Shown here one piece after another: positions 28,922-37,946 of a stretch of 64,000 nucleotides of DNA. Each line of letters begins with the position of its first letter. Position 1 is the first letter of the stretch. The position numbers and the translations under genes are program-made. The notes under the pieces were generated by a model, which ran no database searches, was not told the DNA's origin, and saw only the letters and a list, made by a program, of their open reading frames with translations. The stretch comes from Pseudomonadota bacterium (GTDB lineage: Bacteria > Pseudomonadota > Alphaproteobacteria > UBA2136 > JAPKEQ01), in contig JAYZXF010000002.1 of assembly GCA_036141575.1 (NCBI GenBank), forward strand, positions 9,536 through 73,535, given 5' to 3'.

Positions 28922-29461
28922 TTATCCCTCAATTCTTTTTCTAAATAAAATGTTGAGCTCGCCAACTTTAATGCCGAACTTTTTAAATACGTTTTTGTTC
29001 ATAACCGTGTCTTCGTCAATCATCCACATGCGGTCATCCATCTTAAGGGCGATGATACGCTCTCCAACTGGTGCGTTAAATGTGTAATGAAATGAAATGG
29101 TATCTCCCATCTCTACAGCTTTTACGCCGTCTGGTACTTCAGGAGCAAAAGCTTCGTATGTGCCATCTGCTTTCTTTGTGACTTCCCAGTATCGCTCCAT
29201 TGTGCGGCCATCTGAATAACTAAATGTTTCATCAAGGCGTAGGTGAGTGTCACCATTTTCGCGGTTTGTAATCTTGCCATCCATAAGGATATGGAACTTA
29301 TCCGTCACGCGGCCACGCCAGTCGTACATGACACCCCATCCATCAACTTTACCTTCAAAGTATGAAAGAAAGTCCATTTCGGGCTGTGGGTCTGCGCTCG
29401 GCTGTACGCCTGAGCAACCAGACGTTATAAGACCAAACATAAGGGCAAGTTTTTTAAGCAT
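28922..29461 (-). CDS. Lipoprotein of unknown function (179 aa) lying between pheS and pheT.
   Basis: The lipobox is LITSGCSG. It sits between pheS and pheT with 3-5 nt gaps. Confidence 0.7.
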   Translation of the reverse strand: MLKKLALMFGLITSGCSGVQPSADPQPEMDFLSYFEGKVDGWGVMYDWRGRVTDKFHILMDGKITNRENGDTHLRLDETFSYSDGRTMERYWEVTKKADGTYEAFAPEVPDGVKAVEMGDTISFHYTFNAPVGERIIALKMDDRMWMIDEDTVMNKNVFKKFGIKVGELNILFRKRIEG

Positions 29462-29464
29462 GAA

Positions 29465-30520
29465 TTATTTTCTCACCTTAGCGGCGTCCATACCGAAGTG
29501 CTGTGTAAATGGAATGTTACCTTCAAACATTGTGCGAAGATCGTTCACACCGTACTTCAGCATTGTGAGGCGGTCTACACCTACACCAAAGGCAAAACCT
29601 TGGTACTCTTCAGGGTCTACACCAGCATTTTTAAGCACGTTACGGTGCACCATGCCGCAGCCAAGAATTTCAAGCCAGCGTGTTTTCTCTGTGCCGTCTG
29701 CAGCTGTGTATGTCCATTCAATATCAATTTCAGCACCAGGCTCGACAAATGGGAAGTAAGCTGGGCGCATGCGCATCTTAATGTCACGCTCAAAGAACTC
29801 AGTGAGGAAGCGGTGCAGCACACCTTTCATGTTTGCAAAAGTAATGTTTTTATCTACACACAGAGCTTCCATTTGGTGGAACTGAGGTGTGTGTGTCATG
29901 TCGCTATCGCAGCGATACACACGACCCACAGACATCACGCGTAGTGGTGCGCCATGCTCCATCATAGAGTGAATTTGTGCGTTAGATGTTTGTGTGCGCA
30001 GAACCATACGCTCACCGTTTTCATCTTTTTTCTTTAGGTAAAACGTATCATGATCCTGACGGGCAGGGTGGTTTTCTGGAATATTAAGCGCAGTGAAGTT
30101 AAAGAAGTCTGTTTCCATCTCTGGGCCTTGAACTGTTGTAAAGCCAATGCGCTCCATCACTGTTTCAAGTTCTTCCATCACGTATGAAATAGGGTGAATT
30201 TTACCAGTCGTTGTTGGTGTTGCTGGTAGTGTGATATCCAATGTTTCGCTCTTTAGCTTTTCTTCAAGAGCGATGGCATCAAGTTTTTCTTTACGCGCAG
30301 CAAGGGCTTTTGTAACAGTGTCACGTACAGCGTTGACTTCACCACCAAAGCTTTTACGTTCTTCTGGCGGAAGTGTACCAAGGGTTTTAAGAAGCCCTGT
30401 AATTTCACCGTTTTTACCAAGCAGTTTGACACGCAGACCCTCGAGGTCAGCTGGTGTGCTAAGGGCATTAATGCTCTCTAAGCTTTGTTCTTTAAGTGCG
30501 CTGAGATTCACTGTGTTCAT
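29465..30520 (-). CDS. pheS: Phenylalanine--tRNA ligase alpha subunit.
   Basis: Class II aaRS motifs (FPFVEPGAEIDI; GFAFGVGVDRL). Confidence 0.9.
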   Translation of the reverse strand: MNTVNLSALKEQSLESINALSTPADLEGLRVKLLGKNGEITGLLKTLGTLPPEERKSFGGEVNAVRDTVTKALAARKEKLDAIALEEKLKSETLDITLPATPTTTGKIHPISYVMEELETVMERIGFTTVQGPEMETDFFNFTALNIPENHPARQDHDTFYLKKKDENGERMVLRTQTSNAQIHSMMEHGAPLRVMSVGRVYRCDSDMTHTPQFHQMEALCVDKNITFANMKGVLHRFLTEFFERDIKMRMRPAYFPFVEPGAEIDIEWTYTAADGTEKTRWLEILGCGMVHRNVLKNAGVDPEEYQGFAFGVGVDRLTMLKYGVNDLRTMFEGNIPFTQHFGMDAAKVRK

Positions 30521-30735
30521 GATCCTATACTTTTTTAAAGCTGTTTCTAGTTTTCTATATGGTGCTGCAAATTGGTTTTATCTGCGCTTCCCGTGCTCAT
30601 GTATCATGAAGTACACTGCGCTCTGGTTCTCGCTAAAACTCAATTTTCGCGAGCCATCTAGTAAACCATTTGAACAGCTTCACATCCTATATGAAAATGA
30701 GGTGAAACGCACCCAATTTCCTATGTTTTTTATAC

Positions 30736-30766
30736 AAAAAAGGCCGACATTTCTGCCGGCCTTTTG
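30736..30766 (-). terminator. Rho-independent terminator downstream of rplT.
   Basis: Reading the minus strand: ttcaaaaGGCCGGCAgaaatgTCGGCCtttttt. Confidence 0.55.
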
Positions 30767-30778
30767 AATCGCTTACGC

Positions 30779-31132
30779 TTATAGCGCCGACTTAGCTTTT
30801 TCAACAAGAGTTGTAAAGGCTTTCTCGTCGTTCATAGCAACCCATGCAAGAACCTTACGGTCCATTTCAATGTTTGCTTTCTTAAGGCCGTTCATGAAGC
30901 GGCTGTAGCTCATGCCGTTTAGGCGAGCAGCAGCGTTAATACGAACGATCCATAGGCGACGGAAGTCACGCTTCTTGGCGCGGCGGTCACGGTATGCGTA
31001 CTGCAAACCTTTCTCAACGCGCTCAATAGCAACGCGGAAACAGCTCTTTGAACGTCCGCGGTAGCCTTTAGCCATTTTCAAAATTTTCTTGTGACGTTGG
31101 CGTCTTACAATACCAGTCTTAACACGTGTCAT
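30779..31132 (-). CDS. rplT: 50S ribosomal protein L20.
   Basis: A canonical L20 sequence ([26 protein letters not shown]). Confidence 0.9.
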   Translation of the reverse strand: MTRVKTGIVRRQRHKKILKMAKGYRGRSKSCFRVAIERVEKGLQYAYRDRRAKKRDFRRLWIVRINAAARLNGMSYSRFMNGLKKANIEMDRKVLAWVAMNDEKAFTTLVEKAKSAL

Positions 31133-31173
31133 AATATGTGTCCTTTCCTAAAAATTACTTGCTAGCACAAAAT

Positions 31174-31449
31174 TTATTTGGCCGTAGCGTTTGCTGCAGC
31201 TTCGCGGCGCATTGCACGCTTAAGAGCCTTAGTACGCTTACGTTTTGCGTTACGGTATGGAAGTAGCTTATCAACTACTGCAAAGTTGTTATCGTCAACG
31301 ATAGCAGTACCTTGAAGCTTGTGAGCATCCTGACCTTTTTTACTTAGGAAGTGACCGTGGCCTTTAATACCACGACGGATTTTACCGCGCGCTGTTGATT
31401 TCCAAAAACGACGAACGGCAGATTTTTTAGTCTTGAGTTTGTAACCCAT
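31174..31449 (-). CDS. rpmI: 50S ribosomal protein L35, with a basic C-terminal extension of about 25 aa.
   Basis: The N-terminus is MGYKLKTKKSAVRRF... and LLPY is conserved. It is 91 aa versus the typical ~65. Confidence 0.8.
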   Translation of the reverse strand: MGYKLKTKKSAVRRFWKSTARGKIRRGIKGHGHFLSKKGQDAHKLQGTAIVDDNNFAVVDKLLPYRNAKRKRTKALKRAMRREAAANATAK

Positions 31450-31579
31450 ATTACTGTCCCTTTCTCGTCTCTCTGCTGGCGGTTTTAGACCATCTAAAAC
31501 ACTTTTACAGGGGCCATACAGAAGAGGTTTGGATGCTTTATAAGAGAGATGAATACAAAATGCAAGTGTTTTGTAAGAC

Positions 31580-32347
31580 TTAAGACGATGTTTTTAGGTC
31601 TAAGGGTGCGTCTGGATAGTGAGAAGCAAATTGATTGAGGCGGTCAAGTTGTGCTTTTGAGAGCTTTTTGCCATGCCCTTCCTTATCTGAATTTACAACG
31701 ATTTTAACCGCTTTTTGAATATCTTCATCTTTATATGAGATGTTGTAGTAATCAAGGACTTGGGCAAGGGCTTTTTCTGGGGATGCGGTTACATCTTCAT
31801 AGGTAAGCCAGAGTGCATCTTTTCTATGCTCATGCCATTGCCCTAAAAACTGCGTGCACCAGCTGCCTGCAAAGTCAACGATAAAATCGAGCTGTTTGTC
31901 TTCGTGCCAGCTCTTAAACTCTTCAGGAGCATGAATAGAAGGCTGGTTGAGAGAATCTTTCAGAAGGAGGTCCTTGTGAGAGATGATCACATCAGGAAGA
32001 TTGCGTGTCAGGATCACAGGCTTAATATTGAATTTTTCCATCAGATCTAAGTTTTTAGGAGAAGGTCTTGTATGTTGGTGAGACACTGTATTCATGCCGT
32101 AGCCGTCTGTCAGCCTTGGTAGGTAGAGGTCTTGCTCTTGATGCGGATTGTATGTGTAAGAGTGCGGAATAAAGCCTGTTGCTTCTTCAATCAAGCGTAC
32201 TAAATAGGTTGAAGCTGACTTCGGCATCGCTGCAATAAAAATAGAATGCCCAGAGCGGCGTGTCACTCTACGGAATTTACTATGAACAAGAGTCACTCTT
32301 GTACTGGTTTTATGTGCGGCGCGCACGAGTCTTTTATATAATTTCAT
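31580..32347 (-). CDS. Sulfotransferase-domain protein (255 aa).
   Basis: A PAPS-binding-like motif (IFIAAMPKSASTYLV) and downstream TRNLPD/KD motifs. Confidence 0.65.
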   Translation of the reverse strand: MKLYKRLVRAAHKTSTRVTLVHSKFRRVTRRSGHSIFIAAMPKSASTYLVRLIEEATGFIPHSYTYNPHQEQDLYLPRLTDGYGMNTVSHQHTRPSPKNLDLMEKFNIKPVILTRNLPDVIISHKDLLLKDSLNQPSIHAPEEFKSWHEDKQLDFIVDFAGSWCTQFLGQWHEHRKDALWLTYEDVTASPEKALAQVLDYYNISYKDEDIQKAVKIVVNSDKEGHGKKLSKAQLDRLNQFASHYPDAPLDLKTSS

Positions 32348-32488
32348 GGCAGCGACTTTAACGGAAAATGAAAAAAAATGAAATGTTATTAAGCGTTTGA
32401 CAGGGTTCTTTGTATACGATAAATTTGCACGGATTTGTAAATCTGTCTCTCTTTTTCCTATCTCTCACTTCTAGAGGAGAACCCCTCC

Positions 32489-34993
32489 ATGTTTAACAAA
32501 CTGCTCATATTGGCAGGACTTGTGCTGACTGGTGTTGGTATTAATACCCTGTTTGGGGATGTTGCCAGCAACTGGTTTGTTGCAATTGTCGCTGTTGCTG
32601 CTGCGTTCAAGCTATTGCCTGGGCGTATCACTTTTGGCGCATTGTCTGTCATCTTTGTGAAGCCGGTTATGCTGGTTTTCTTGGGTGGTATGGCATTCTA
32701 TAACTTGGCCGCAGATGTTGGCTGGGTTGCAAATACATATGCTTATGGGTCTGTGTGGCTTTGGGGCATTTTGTTTGCAGCTTATAGTTTCCTTGCGTTT
32801 GCGCCTCATTCTTGGATCCGTGCCGTTGTGAAGCCGCCGATTGTGGCTTTTCAAAAAATGGCTTTCGGGTTTGAGTATGAAGGCATTGAGCACTATAAGG
32901 CTGCTGGCCCGCGCCGTTTGCTTTGCCCAACGCACCCTTCATTCCTTGACCCGTTTTTCATTATTGCAGCCGTGCCTGATAAAATCAGTTTTGCCATGCA
33001 TGCCGCAACAGCGGAGATGCCACACTTCAAGTTCATCACGCGCCTTGGCGCACCGTTTGCTGATATCTATAAAGTAGACATGATGAATGCGATGGCGCTG
33101 AAAGGTATGGTGGCTGATGTAAAAGCTGGCCGGACCATTTGTATCTTCCCTGAGGGCCGTATTGCCTTTACGGGCAGCCTGATGAAGGTTCAAAATGGTT
33201 CCACCATGATTGTGAACAACGCGGATGCTGTGATTATCCCGATTCATGTGGATGGTCTGCAGTTCTCGTTTGCAAACCGTATGTCTGGCAAGTTGCGTCG
33301 TCGTGCTTTCCCGAAGGTTCGCGTGTCCTTTACGGACCCCGTTGAACTGGAAAAGAAAACCGGTCGTGCAGCCCGTGAAGACATTCAACTGTATGACGCA
33401 ATGCGTAGCACCATGTTTGAAACTTTTGGCTGGAAAGGTCAGACGCTTCTTGGTGAACTGTTCCGCAGTGCGCAGCTTCATGGTTATGACCATCCTGTGC
33501 TGGAAAACATTGACCCGGTGACGGAAGAGCGTATCACCCTGGACTTTAAAACAGTTTTGATTGGTACGCGTGTATTGGAGAAAAAGCTGAAAGGCATTGT
33601 AAATGCTGGTGAAGTGACGGGGCTGATGCTTCCGAACGCTGCCGGTAGTGCTGTTGCTTTTTTTGCAATGCACCGTATGGGTGCTGTTCCTGCGATGTTG
33701 AACTTTACAATGGGGCCGGCAACGGTTGTGTCGTGCTGTGATACAGCGGGTGTTCAAACGGTTCTGACTTCGCGCACGTTCATTGAGTTGGCGGCAGAAA
33801 AGAAGAACACGCTTCCGGGTGAGATCGTGAAGACGCTGGAGGAATCCGGTCGTAAAATCGTCTATCTGGATGACATCCGTGAAACGGTGACGACGGTTGA
33901 TAAACTGTCTGCTGCGCTGACCTATGAAAACTGGGACAGCCGGATTCGTAAGTCGACAGACCCTGCTGTGGTTCTGTTTACCTCTGGGTCTGAAGGTGTG
34001 CCGAAAGGCGTTGTGCTGAGCCATGAAAACCTGCTGTCCAACCGGGCACAGATGAAAACCATGATCGGCTTTACCCATCAGGACACCGTGCTGAACGCTA
34101 TGCCGCTATTCCACTCATTTGGTCTGCTTGCAGGTATGATCCTTCCTGTGATGGAGGGTGTCAAAACCTTCATGTATCCGAACCCACTGGACTACAAGGT
34201 GATCCCGATGATTGCGTATGATATTAACGCAACCATCATGTTTGGTACCGACGCCTTCTTGCAAGGCTATGCTAAACAAGCTCACTCGGCGGACTTTGGT
34301 TCGGTACGGATGATCTTCGCAGGTGCTGAAAAGGTGAAAGACGAAACTCGTCGCACTTATGGTGAAAAATTCCCTATGTGTGGTGTTTTCGAGGGTTATG
34401 GTGCAACGGAATGTTCACCGGTGATTGCGGTGAATACGCCTATGTACAATAAAAATGGCTCTGTTGGCCGGCTGGTTGCTGGTCTTGAGGCTCGTTTTGA
34501 TCCTGTTCCAGGTATTGAAGATGGTGGCCGTCTCTTTGTAAGGGGCCCTAACGTGATGTTGGGTTATTTCCGTGATACCAACCCTGGTGTTCTGGAGCCT
34601 TTTGAAGATGGTTGGCATGACACTGGTGATATTGTTGCATGTGACGAGCAGGGCTTCTTGACCATCAAGGGGCGTGCCAAGCGTTTTGCAAAGGTTGCTG
34701 GTGAAATGGTTGCTCTGCCTGTGGTGGATGATCTGGCTGCGCGTGCGTGGCCTGACTTCAACCATGCAAGTGTGGCTGTTGATCATGAAAGCAAAGGTCA
34801 GCAAATTTTGCTGGTGACCGAAAATCCGGATGCCGATAAAAAGACTTTGCAGGAAATGGCTAAGGCTGAAGATCTTAGCCCTTTGAATGTTCCTGCTAAG
34901 TTTTTGGTGGTGGAAGAAATTCCGCTGCTGGGTTCTGGTAAGGTTGACTTTGGTGCCTTGAACGATCTGGTTGCCGAAAAGTACGGTAAATAA
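32489..34993 (+). CDS. aas: Bifunctional 2-acylglycerophosphoethanolamine acyltransferase / acyl-ACP synthetase (Aas-like), with an extra N-terminal region of about 4 TM segments.
   Basis: A PlsC acyltransferase HX4D motif (CPTHPSFLDP) at about aa 150, then an AMP-binding domain (LFTSGSEGVPKGVVLSHENL; YGATECSP). Confidence 0.8.
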   Translation: MFNKLLILAGLVLTGVGINTLFGDVASNWFVAIVAVAAAFKLLPGRITFGALSVIFVKPVMLVFLGGMAFYNLAADVGWVANTYAYGSVWLWGILFAAYSFLAFAPHSWIRAVVKPPIVAFQKMAFGFEYEGIEHYKAAGPRRLLCPTHPSFLDPFFIIAAVPDKISFAMHAATAEMPHFKFITRLGAPFADIYKVDMMNAMALKGMVADVKAGRTICIFPEGRIAFTGSLMKVQNGSTMIVNNADAVIIPIHVDGLQFSFANRMSGKLRRRAFPKVRVSFTDPVELEKKTGRAAREDIQLYDAMRSTMFETFGWKGQTLLGELFRSAQLHGYDHPVLENIDPVTEERITLDFKTVLIGTRVLEKKLKGIVNAGEVTGLMLPNAAGSAVAFFAMHRMGAVPAMLNFTMGPATVVSCCDTAGVQTVLTSRTFIELAAEKKNTLPGEIVKTLEESGRKIVYLDDIRETVTTVDKLSAALTYENWDSRIRKSTDPAVVLFTSGSEGVPKGVVLSHENLLSNRAQMKTMIGFTHQDTVLNAMPLFHSFGLLAGMILPVMEGVKTFMYPNPLDYKVIPMIAYDINATIMFGTDAFLQGYAKQAHSADFGSVRMIFAGAEKVKDETRRTYGEKFPMCGVFEGYGATECSPVIAVNTPMYNKNGSVGRLVAGLEARFDPVPGIEDGGRLFVRGPNVMLGYFRDTNPGVLEPFEDGWHDTGDIVACDEQGFLTIKGRAKRFAKVAGEMVALPVVDDLAARAWPDFNHASVAVDHESKGQQILLVTENPDADKKTLQEMAKAEDLSPLNVPAKFLVVEEIPLLGSGKVDFGALNDLVAEKYGK

Positions 34994-35003
34994 ACGAAAT
35001 GAG

Positions 35004-35026
35004 AAAGCCCCCAACTGGGGGCTTTC
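35004..35026. terminator. Bidirectional terminator between aas and the convergent secreted-protein gene.
   Basis: The sequence aaaGCCCCCaactGGGGGCtttctttt. Confidence 0.55.
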
Positions 35027-35044
35027 TTTTATGTGCTTTCAAGC

Positions 35045-36568
35045 TTATGGAAGGTTTGTCTCCTTCAAGGTTTCATCAATCTCCATGAGCATTTTTTGAA
35101 GGTCTTGTTCAGTTACTTCAAAGTCTGCTTCTGATTGTGGCGGAAGGTCCACTTCTACTTCAGTAACAACTTCTTCTACTTGAGGCGCTTCTTCCATTGT
35201 TGTTTCCATTATGTCCATGGCTTCCTGTGCAGCAGCTTCAACTTCTTCTACTGTTTCAACATTAGAAATGATTTCATCCATTTTCATGCCTTCAAAGGTG
35301 GCGCCACCTTCCATGGGGTTAATTTCAATAGACAGGTGTTCCATAGGCATGTCGTCCATACCTTCATGTGCGTGATCGTGCATATCTGGAATAGGAAGAT
35401 CCATTGGAGAATTCACGTTTGGTTCTCTCATGCCGAGGGTGCCACCTTCTGGGTATGTTACGTTATCCAGTAGCGTGTTGATTGGTGGAATTGGGAGAAC
35501 TGGCGCACCGTTGAAAACAACCATGCCATCTTTAAAGGCAAGAGAGAGTTCAAGGTTTTCACCATCACCCATCATTGTTGCCATGCCAGCCATTTGCTTG
35601 CTTGGGTGGTCTGCTGGAAGCATTTCAATAAATTTTTGAATGCCTGAAACCTTCACGTCAAAGCCGCCATCAAGGAGAGCTTCTGGCGTTACTGTTACGC
35701 CACCACCAAGGTTAAACTGTAGCGCATCAGATTCTACACGAAGCTTGTTAAGTGTTAGATTAGAGCCGTTATCAACCATCTTTTGTACCATGTCTTTTGC
35801 CACAGCAATGAGTTGATTAAATTCTTCTTCTGTTACGTTTTCACCTGACTTCAGTTGAAGTTTACGAGACAAGTTTTGCAGTTCTTTGGCAACAGGGAAG
35901 TTTGTGAATGAAGCATCTACTTCGTAAAGAGCAATTGGAACACTGATAACAGCTACACGAACTTCCATATCATCCATGCGTGCGTATGCTTTACCACTTA
36001 CAAGGCCATTCGTTTCTGTAATGTCACGACGTGAAAGAACTTTAGCAATTGTTGCTGTCATTGGCATAGCTTCGGCGCCAGCTTTAAAGTTCATATTTTT
36101 GATCACAGTTTCACCAGAGTTCATGTTGTCAATCTTGTGTTTGCTCACAAGGCTGTCCCAACCCATAGAGAATGTGATTGGCATTGGCTCTTCGCCAAGT
36201 TCTTCCATGAAGTTTTCAGGAAAATCAACCGTGATAAGGGCGTTATCAGATGTGATGGCAACTTCATTTGGGCTAAACAGAGACGCTGAGGCAACCACAG
36301 GTGTATTCATGATTGCTGTGAAAACCATGCCTGTTTCAGGGTCTTTAAACTCTGAGCGAATGTTGCTGTAAGTCAATTTTGCAGCAAGTGGGAAACCTGA
36401 TGTTTCAACGTCATAAGTGACGTTGAGTTCTGGCATTTGAACCAGTTGCTCTTTAAGAGCTTTATCAAGTTTATCTTTGTTGCTTGTTACGTATGAGTCC
36501 CACATGAAATAGCTTCCGCCAGCGGCAGCAGCCACAAGAAGAATGAGGGCAAGTAAAATCTTTTTCAT
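35045..36568 (-). CDS. Secreted hypothetical protein (507 aa) with an acidic Met/His/Glu-rich C-terminal tail.
   Basis: The signal peptide is MKKILLALILLVAAAAG. The C-terminal third contains MHDHAHEGMDDMPMEH and many M/E residues. It has a possible DUF2125-like architecture, by eye only. Confidence 0.7.
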   Translation of the reverse strand: MKKILLALILLVAAAAGGSYFMWDSYVTSNKDKLDKALKEQLVQMPELNVTYDVETSGFPLAAKLTYSNIRSEFKDPETGMVFTAIMNTPVVASASLFSPNEVAITSDNALITVDFPENFMEELGEEPMPITFSMGWDSLVSKHKIDNMNSGETVIKNMNFKAGAEAMPMTATIAKVLSRRDITETNGLVSGKAYARMDDMEVRVAVISVPIALYEVDASFTNFPVAKELQNLSRKLQLKSGENVTEEEFNQLIAVAKDMVQKMVDNGSNLTLNKLRVESDALQFNLGGGVTVTPEALLDGGFDVKVSGIQKFIEMLPADHPSKQMAGMATMMGDGENLELSLAFKDGMVVFNGAPVLPIPPINTLLDNVTYPEGGTLGMREPNVNSPMDLPIPDMHDHAHEGMDDMPMEHLSIEINPMEGGATFEGMKMDEIISNVETVEEVEAAAQEAMDIMETTMEEAPQVEEVVTEVEVDLPPQSEADFEVTEQDLQKMLMEIDETLKETNLP

Positions 36569-36694
36569 CGGTTAGATCCTGAATATATTCTTATTATTGA
36601 ACGTCGTTCTGTGTATTTATCATACGGAGATTTGCTTTGAACTCAAGAAAAAAGCGACGCATTTAGCGCCGCTTTCAAAGGGTTATGTGACGAT

Positions 36695-37666
36695 TTAGCC
36701 CGCCTTAAGCATGTGCTCAGCTTCCTTGTTCTCAAGGTAGCGACCAGCATCAAGAGCGGCCATGCAACCAAGGCCAGCAGCTGTGACAGCTTGACGGTAT
36801 GTGTCATCACATACATCACCTGACGCGTAAACACCTTTAAGGTTTGTTTCAACTTTACCAGCTGGAACAGTAAGGTAGCCGTACTCATCCATGTCTAGTT
36901 TGCCAACAAATAGGTCTGTGTTTGGCTTGTGGCCAATGGCAATAAAGATACCTTGAATGGCAACATCTGTTGTGTCGCCAGTCTTCACGTTTTTCACACG
37001 CACTGCTTCAACACCGCCCATTGGGCCATCGCTGCCAAGGATTTCTTCAGTTGTGCTATCCCAAAGGATGTTAATTTTTTCGTGTGCTTTTACGCGCTCA
37101 CGTAGAATCTTTTCACCACGGAAATCATCACGACGGTGAATCATTGTCACGCTCTTACAGAAGCCAGCAAGGTAAAGCGCTTCTTCCATTGCTGTGTTAC
37201 CACCACCAACAACGGCAACGTCTTGGTTACGGAAGAATGAGCCATCACATGTCGCGCAGGCACTTACACCTTTACCCATGAACTTTTGCTCACTTTCAAG
37301 GCCAAGCCATTTTGCGCTGGCGCCTGTTGAGATGATAAGGGCGTCTGTTGTGTAAGTTGTACCGCTGTCACCAATCAGTGTTTGAATGCCGCCATCAGTC
37401 AGTTTCACTTCAGTGATGTAATCTGTAATCATTTGAGTGCCACAGTGTTCAGCTTGTTTGTGCATTTGTTCCATGAGCCATGGGCCTTGAATCACATCTG
37501 CAAAACCAGGGTAGTTTTCTACCTCAGTTGTAATGGTCAGCTGACCACCTGGCTGCATGCCGTGAATAAGGGCTGGGTTGTGGCCGGCGCGCGCTGCGTA
37601 AATTGCTGCTGTACATCCAGCAGGGCCACTACCAAGAATAATCATTTTGTGATGTTGTGTGCTCAT
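36695..37666 (-). CDS. trxB: Thioredoxin-disulfide reductase.
   Basis: FAD and NADPH motifs (IILGSGPAG; GGGNTAMEEA) and the redox-active CATC. Confidence 0.9.
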   Translation of the reverse strand: MSTQHHKMIILGSGPAGCTAAIYAARAGHNPALIHGMQPGGQLTITTEVENYPGFADVIQGPWLMEQMHKQAEHCGTQMITDYITEVKLTDGGIQTLIGDSGTTYTTDALIISTGASAKWLGLESEQKFMGKGVSACATCDGSFFRNQDVAVVGGGNTAMEEALYLAGFCKSVTMIHRRDDFRGEKILRERVKAHEKINILWDSTTEEILGSDGPMGGVEAVRVKNVKTGDTTDVAIQGIFIAIGHKPNTDLFVGKLDMDEYGYLTVPAGKVETNLKGVYASGDVCDDTYRQAVTAAGLGCMAALDAGRYLENKEAEHMLKAG

Positions 37667-37756
37667 GGGCTTTATTTTCCTTCTCGCTTCTCTATATATT
37701 TTAGCACTGCCCTCTCACCGGCGTAAAAACGCGGTTTTACTTGGTGCTCGTGCGTG

Positions 37757-37776
37757 GCTGGAACAACAGTGTTCCA
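37757..37776. promoter_or_regulatory. Perfect 8-bp-arm inverted repeat (CTGGAACAacagTGTTCCAG) in the trxB/ahpC divergent intergenic region. Candidate regulator binding site.
   Basis: The palindrome lies about 90 bp upstream of the trxB ATG. A second imperfect inverted repeat (ctgttggat-aagaa-tccaaacag) is at 37783-37804. Confidence 0.3.
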
Positions 37777-37946
37777 GCATAACTGTTGGATAAGAATCCA
37801 AACAGCTCTATCGAATATTTTCTCAATCTATCGCCAAAAAAAATCTTTGTCAAAGAAATGGTACTACAAAAATCCTATTTTAATGCTTGACGCCTAAAAA
37901 GAGTTCAGTCACATTAGCGTTACGAAACTAAATTTGCAATAAAAGG

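Noticed and set aside
32939-34078. 379-aa minus-strand ORF
   Set aside because: It lies entirely antisense to the aas AMP-binding domain. The translation is Arg/His/Cys-rich with no motif. It is a shadow ORF.
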